A stretch of DNA of 64,000 bases. It comes from the human T2T-CHM13v2.0 reference genome, Homo sapiens. The notes under the pieces are model-generated. The model was not told the DNA's origin and searched no databases. It worked only from the letters and a program-made list of their open reading frames with translations. How positions within the stretch are numbered: the stretch's first letter is position 1; each line of letters starts with the position of its first letter. Position numbers and translations under genes: made by a program. The stretch is taken from the NCBI RefSeq assembly GCF_009914755.1, contig NC_060931.1. One strand, given 5' to 3'. Shown here in pieces: positions 58,464 through 64,000 of the stretch.

Positions 58464-60224
58464 AAAAATTAAACAAGTAAGACATGGAAATTGCTTAGCA
58501 TGGTGTCTGGCACATCAATAACGTTCTCAGTAAATGGAAGTTATGTTTTAGTTTTAGCTCCATCGCTGAGTACACTTTTGACACAATTGTAGTCACTTTC
58601 TTTGACTGGCCCTCAATTTTCTCTTCTGTGAGGTACAGATAATAGAGATACTCTAAATACATTAAAGCACTGTGGGAATAAGCAAGACAAATCTGCAAAG
58701 TCATTTGCATAATGCAACTCTATGCACAAAGGTAACACAGCAGACTCATCAATCCATATGAGATATTTTTATTTTCTTTTGTTTTATTAAATCATTAAAG
58801 AAAATTTCCTAGACAGTCTTCCTTCCTGCCTTATTTTATACTATCTAATTTTTTTCTAATATAAGGGAGCACAGCAATTATCCTTAAACCTTTCCACTGT
58901 CTCTAGCCAAGAAATCAGCTTGCATTTATAAGTACAGTAAGTGTTGGCTGCCTCATGCGAGTGATCAAACACAGCTCACTACTAAGCAGGTCATTGGAAT
59001 AGTCATTTGTATATCTATCTCCTGAGTCTTATGTAAACAGTCCTAAGGGGGTTTCCCTGGAAACTCATGTGCCAAACTGTCTGCTTTCCCCTGCGCTTCT
59101 GAGGGATTTGGGGGAACACTGCCTCCTTAATGAGATCTGGCCAGTCCCTTCCTCCTGGTTGCTAACCTATAAATGTATTCTAGTCAGGGCCAGCTTCATG
59201 GGTGTGTCACCCACAGTCACACAAGTTCCTGTGCTCTTCTTGCTCCTAGGTGTCAGCCTAGGCAGCCCCGTACACGATATTAGGGGTAAATTACTGCAAA
59301 ATGATTAGTTCTAGTATTAATTTAAAGTACTATTATAAAAGATAAAATCACCATATTTACTAAAAGGCATCTCTTCCTTTTTAATAATTTTCTGAGACAA
59401 CTTGCTTATTAAAATGAGGAAACATACTTTGAAAGCCCAAGAAAGAACTGCAAAATATTTGCTTGGCAAATGAATGCTTAATAGAGATGAGGGAGGTATG
59501 ACTAGACACATCAATTATTAATTTCTATAATTACATACTGATAATTGGCTGCCTTATTTTATGTTAAAATACCCATTCCTAATACATTTATTTTCCTGTT
59601 AGGTAATCAAACTGCTGCTAAAATCTTTTAATAGTGAGTTTTAACATTTCAGAATAAAACTGAATCATGAGTTTATAAAATCTTTATTAGTTCACTGAAT
59701 CTACTTTTAAAAGGTAGCATTCTGTGCATGTGTATGCCTTGTTACAAAAAATATGAAGTATTTCTAAACTGACTTATTTAGCACAATTTCTCACGTTTAG
59801 CAGGGTTTCTCACATGGTAAGCTTTGAATTGGTAATTGGAAAGCTGTAATGTTGACACCTTCAGCCTCAGCCCTGGGGGTATTAGAGCCCCAGTTGGTCA
59901 TCGAGGGCATCTCAAGTGTCTGTATTTGAGGGGAGGCCCTTAGAAAGGCTGTCTCAACAAAAGCCATCTAATCATCTTCCCAAGAGTGTTGATGCTAAAG
60001 AGTTTATAGGGTCATATAAATTTGGAAGTACTGGGTTAAACTAGGTTAAACATGTTTTTTTTTTTGTTTGTTTTATTTTTTTCCTGCAGAGCCTTTCACA
60101 AAAGTTAAAATACTTTGTTGCATTATGAGGAAAATAGTGTACTCAGTGCCTTTCAAGTTTATTTGCTGATACCATTAATTTCACTTGGCTCCTTAGCACC
60201 TAGAGTCATGTTCAATTATACAAA

Positions 60225-60400
60225 CAGTTTCTCAGAGTCTGGCTTTCAGATTACCTCACTCAAAGTCACCTTGGGAGTTTACTAAAAATACAGATGCTGG
60301 CTCCCACATCACACCACAGACATAATGTTTGGAGGTGCTGCATATTAAATAAGCTTTAGAGAAGAAACATGTGTTTGCTCAAACATTAAAGAATCGTGAG
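60225..60400. mobile_element. MER5B-like DNA transposon remnant
   Basis: cagtttctcagagt...tcaccttgggagtttactaaaaatacagatgctggctcccac. Confidence 0.5.
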
Positions 60401-60819
60401 AGAAAAACAGTATAATTTTTTAAACCTATTTCATTTCTTGGTAGTTGTCTGCATTTAATCAAAGAGAAAGCTAACAAATTAGTTTTTAAAATAGAAATGT
60501 TACAATTTTTTTTCTATTTTTAGCTAAAATAACACATTTTCTACCACTATATTAAATTATTGACTTACTTGCAATATATTAAAATATTCAGGGGAAGTCT
60601 TCAAGCAGAATTATAATAAAGAATTTTCATATGTTTTGAAAATTAGAGTATATACGATTTATGAAATTGTAAAAATAATGATCTTCAGCAAAATGAATGA
60701 TAAAGCCCAGAGTTGGCATAGAAACAAGGAAATAGAAATTTTCAAACACTTTTGGTAGAAACGTAATCAGGAAAATCTTCTGGAGGGCAATATGACCATT
60801 AACCATGATGGAGTAATTG

Positions 60820-62620
60820 ATACTAGAGTACTTTCCTGCAGCAAGCAAATGAAAAAACTGGACAAAATGTATGAGGCCATTCTTTTTAGGTAACAGATAA
60901 CAGGCAGTGCAAGACTAGAAGAAAGGATACTCACAAGCTAATATTCATGATCATTCCACACTTTCTGTCTGGGAACAATCTCAACAGAGGTTCAGAGAGC
61001 TTGTGTTTAAGCATGGTGGTCCCACTAAGATGAGGAGGCAGATATGAAAATGTGGGGCAGCAGAAAGAAATCAATTCTGTGGTACAGAGTGTCAGAGCAA
61101 GGGAGGTGTCCAGAAAGTGGGTTTCAGAAATTCACGTGGAAACACTCTGTGAGTCTCTGGTTGAGTCCTGGGCTATATATGCAGGATGAGAGCACCAGAG
61201 GCTTACCAGATTGCAGTTGCTACTCGCAAAAACTGTTCAGATAAATTACAGGTTTGGCAATTCTGGAAGAGAAAAGCTGGATGAAGTTGTTCTTGCCTCA
61301 GTCAGATCTCATTAACACCTTGTTAAAAACCCTGACATCCAGCTGACACAAGAAAGGCTGAGATTTTAAAAGTGTTGTATTCCAGAGGAAGACCTAATTT
61401 AGGCCTGCTCTAACAAAACCCATAACCTAATCTGATAAGATGTGGAAGGGAGAGATTTTGGAGTTTGAGTCCTGTAAAACTGGAGTGACATGCTTTAAGC
61501 ATATGCATTCAAACAAAGAGTAGTACAAGTTCAAACAAGTGCAAAGTGATCAGCTAATAATAAAGTGCTTGCTATAATAAGAATGAACACCATTCAGAGG
61601 AAGAAAACAGAACTCAAGCCCAGGGCATTATCCATAATTTCCAGGATTCAACAACATAATTCATTATGTATAAAAAAGAGAGAAAACAGGACCAAGAGTC
61701 AAGAAGAACAAAGTTGAGATAAACCAGATGCTGGACTTAGCAAATAACAGCATTAAAGCAGTTATTATAATTAGTATAAAAACATTCAAATAATAAAACA
61801 AATATATTCAAAAACTAAAGGAAGACATGGTTTCAACAAATTAACAGACAGGAAAATTCATTAAAGAAATAAAGACTATCAGCCAAACAAAATGGAAATT
61901 TTAGAACTAAAAGTATAATAACAGAAATAAAATATTAACTCCATGGGGTTAATAGCAGATTAAAGTATTGGAGTTGAAAGAGAAAAAAGTCAATGAACTT
62001 GAAGACAGATTATAGAATTTATGCAATTGGAAAAACAGAGGGAAAAAGATTGAAGAAGGTGAACAGACCCTCTTGGCCTGTGTGTTATCAAACGGTCAAC
62101 ATATATGTGACTAGAGTTTCACAAGAAGAATAGAGAGATTGGAGAAGAAAAATACTTGAAAAAATGGCCATACACTTCCCAAATTTGATGAAAAACATTA
62201 CATTACAGATATAAGGATTCATTAATAACCAAGTTGAAGAAATGTTAAGGGAGTCAAACCCTGGCATATTTTATGTAAACTGCTGAAAACAAACCACAGA
62301 GAAAAATCCCTGAAAGGAACAAGAGAAAAAATACATTGTCATGGGAACAAGGAACGTAATTATTGGTAAGTTTTTATGAGAAACAAGGGAAGCCAAGAAG
62401 ATAATGGAATGGCATTTTTTTAAATGCTGAAAGAAAAGACAAAGTGAACCCACAATTCTATATCCACAAAAATACTCTTTTAAAAAAAGTGAAAACAATC
62501 AATAAAAGCATGGAAATTTTGTTGCCTGCAGACCTCCTGCATTTGGAGAAATTCTAAAGGATGCCTTTTAGTCTGAAGGGAATTGGTACAAAATGGAAAC
62601 TCCAAAAGGAATGAGAACCC
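60820..62620 (+). mobile_element. Ancient L1M 5'/ORF1 remnant
   Basis: A-rich degenerate ORF1: caatgaacttgaagacagat, cttcccaaatttgatgaaaaacatta, gtaaactgctgaaaac, cacaattctatatcca; ends approximate. Confidence 0.7.
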
Positions 62621-62890
62621 GGTATGATTCTCTTTTTGTTAGTGCCAACTGGTTTGTAGGTAGAAGTTTTGGAACTACTACAGATATTTGAGAACATGAT
62701 AAAAGCTGAAATAAGAACAAAGCTGACCCATTTCTGAAAATCTTAGTGACAGAAAAATAAAACTATTTACTCTAAAAAATAAATAAAAAAGCCAAACAGA
62801 CCTATATGTGATATCTTACAGAGTATTAAAAAATCAGTATTTACAATCTAATCCCTGTATTAAGTAGGGAATTATATTCTATTTTTAATG

Positions 62891-63217
62891 CAGGCCCATT
62901 ATCTTTTATCTACAAATCTAAAAATCTTAAGTTTGTTTTCTTTTTTCTTAAATTTCTTTGGTGGCAAAATCTGTCCTGACTTGAACTAATTTGGTCATAA
63001 AACCTGACCTGCACTGACTCAGGCTATTTATGGTGGTGCTTTTTTTTACACATGGTTTGAAGATTTCTGTTTCACTGCAGAAATAGTACTGTGCATTATT
63101 ATAGGGTGTGGTCCAAGGTTCTGCAAGTCATTTTACCTAATATATATGAATACATTACCTTTTCCTATTCAAATACTTCTGAGGCACATTTGGTTTCAAA
63201 TAAGGGAATATAAACTG
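62891..63217. mobile_element. Probable Tigger-family DNA transposon remnant
   Basis: Degenerate terminal inverted repeats (caggcccattatcttttat / ataagggaatataaactg); internal aaaacctgacctg...ggctattta. Confidence 0.4.
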
Positions 63218-64000
63218 TAATTGCTTTTCTTCCTTTTTTTAAAAAAAATTATTTTCTAGATTATTTTTACAATGAGCATATGTATCTTAGGCAATAACAA
63301 TATAAGAGACATAGTTAAGTGAAGCTATAGACTGAAATATATGTTCCTGTTTTTACTAAAATGATGGAGTATACATCCTCAAAAGCAGATCTACAAAGAT
63401 TACTTTACTAAATCAGGATACCACTATGACGTCTGCCCAAGAGCAGTTATGTTAGAAGGAATACAACTAATTTGCATTGTTCCCTCACATGCTGAACACC
63501 GTATATGTACAAGACCGTGCTCTACAAAGGTTCTCTTTTTGCAGTTATTAATAGCCCTCAGGAGTAGATAACAATTGCTCATTAACAGACCAGTTAATGG
63601 CAGTCCCTACAATACTGCCAAGTAAATTACAAAAAAAAAAAAAAGAAAGAAAATAAAATATACCACCTTCTCCAGAATCTGCAATAATGTCCTCTATTTC
63701 CATTTTATTCATTCTCGTTTTGCACTTGCAAACAGTATAAACTAGAGTAAAACCTGCCAACTATAATCCTTTCTGTTTCTTTATAAAATCTGAATATAGT
63801 ATTTGCCCTACACACCTGACAAGGTTGTTCAAGATCAAAGAAAAGAGCCTACGTGAACCTTTCTTGTAAATTCTACAGATTATAACTAATTTTACTCCCC
63901 GTAGTCTGAAACTGCCTTTCCTTATTTGTCTCTTCACCTGTTACATAAATTATTTATATACTTTTGTTATACACACCAGTGCTTTACTTTTATCTACAAA

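Overview
Primate, very probably human, genomic DNA that is AT-rich and repeat-rich. The right half holds the 3' end of SEMA3C (semaphorin 3C) on the minus strand. Six coding exons are visible (52597-52509, 49011-48970, 45842-45685, 38671-38604, 36353-36223, 32617-32204; exons 13-18 in the usual numbering). They all have GT-AG boundaries and splice in frame, encoding the end of the Sema domain, the PSI and Ig domains and the basic tail, followed by a ~2.36 kb 3'UTR ending near an AATAAA at 29865-29860. The left half is intergenic (from recalled gene order, the CD36 side). It contains a full-length but retrotransposition-dead L1PA2/L1PA3-type LINE-1 (411-6474) whose antisense ORF0 is open and extended, a four-layer nested transposon stack (L2 > MER39-like LTR > L1 > LTR10-like LTR, ~21380-24280), and a CTCF-like motif beside a perfect hairpin at ~20.1 kb. 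A second LTR-in-LTR nest lies in the SEMA3C intron at 53562-54606. There are twelve Alus plus MIRs, old L1M/L2 pieces and microsatellites. I found no convincing new gene or wholly undescribed system. The best leads are regulatory or RNA-level: an inverted Alu pair tightly bracketing exons 13-15 (circRNA candidate), a perfect 3'UTR stem-loop, an AluY with a strengthened cryptic acceptor, the L1 antisense promoter/ORF0 firing into a co-oriented L1 3' end, and candidate insulator/enhancer motifs. Repeat subfamily names are from memory of consensus sequences and need RepeatMasker/Dfam confirmation.
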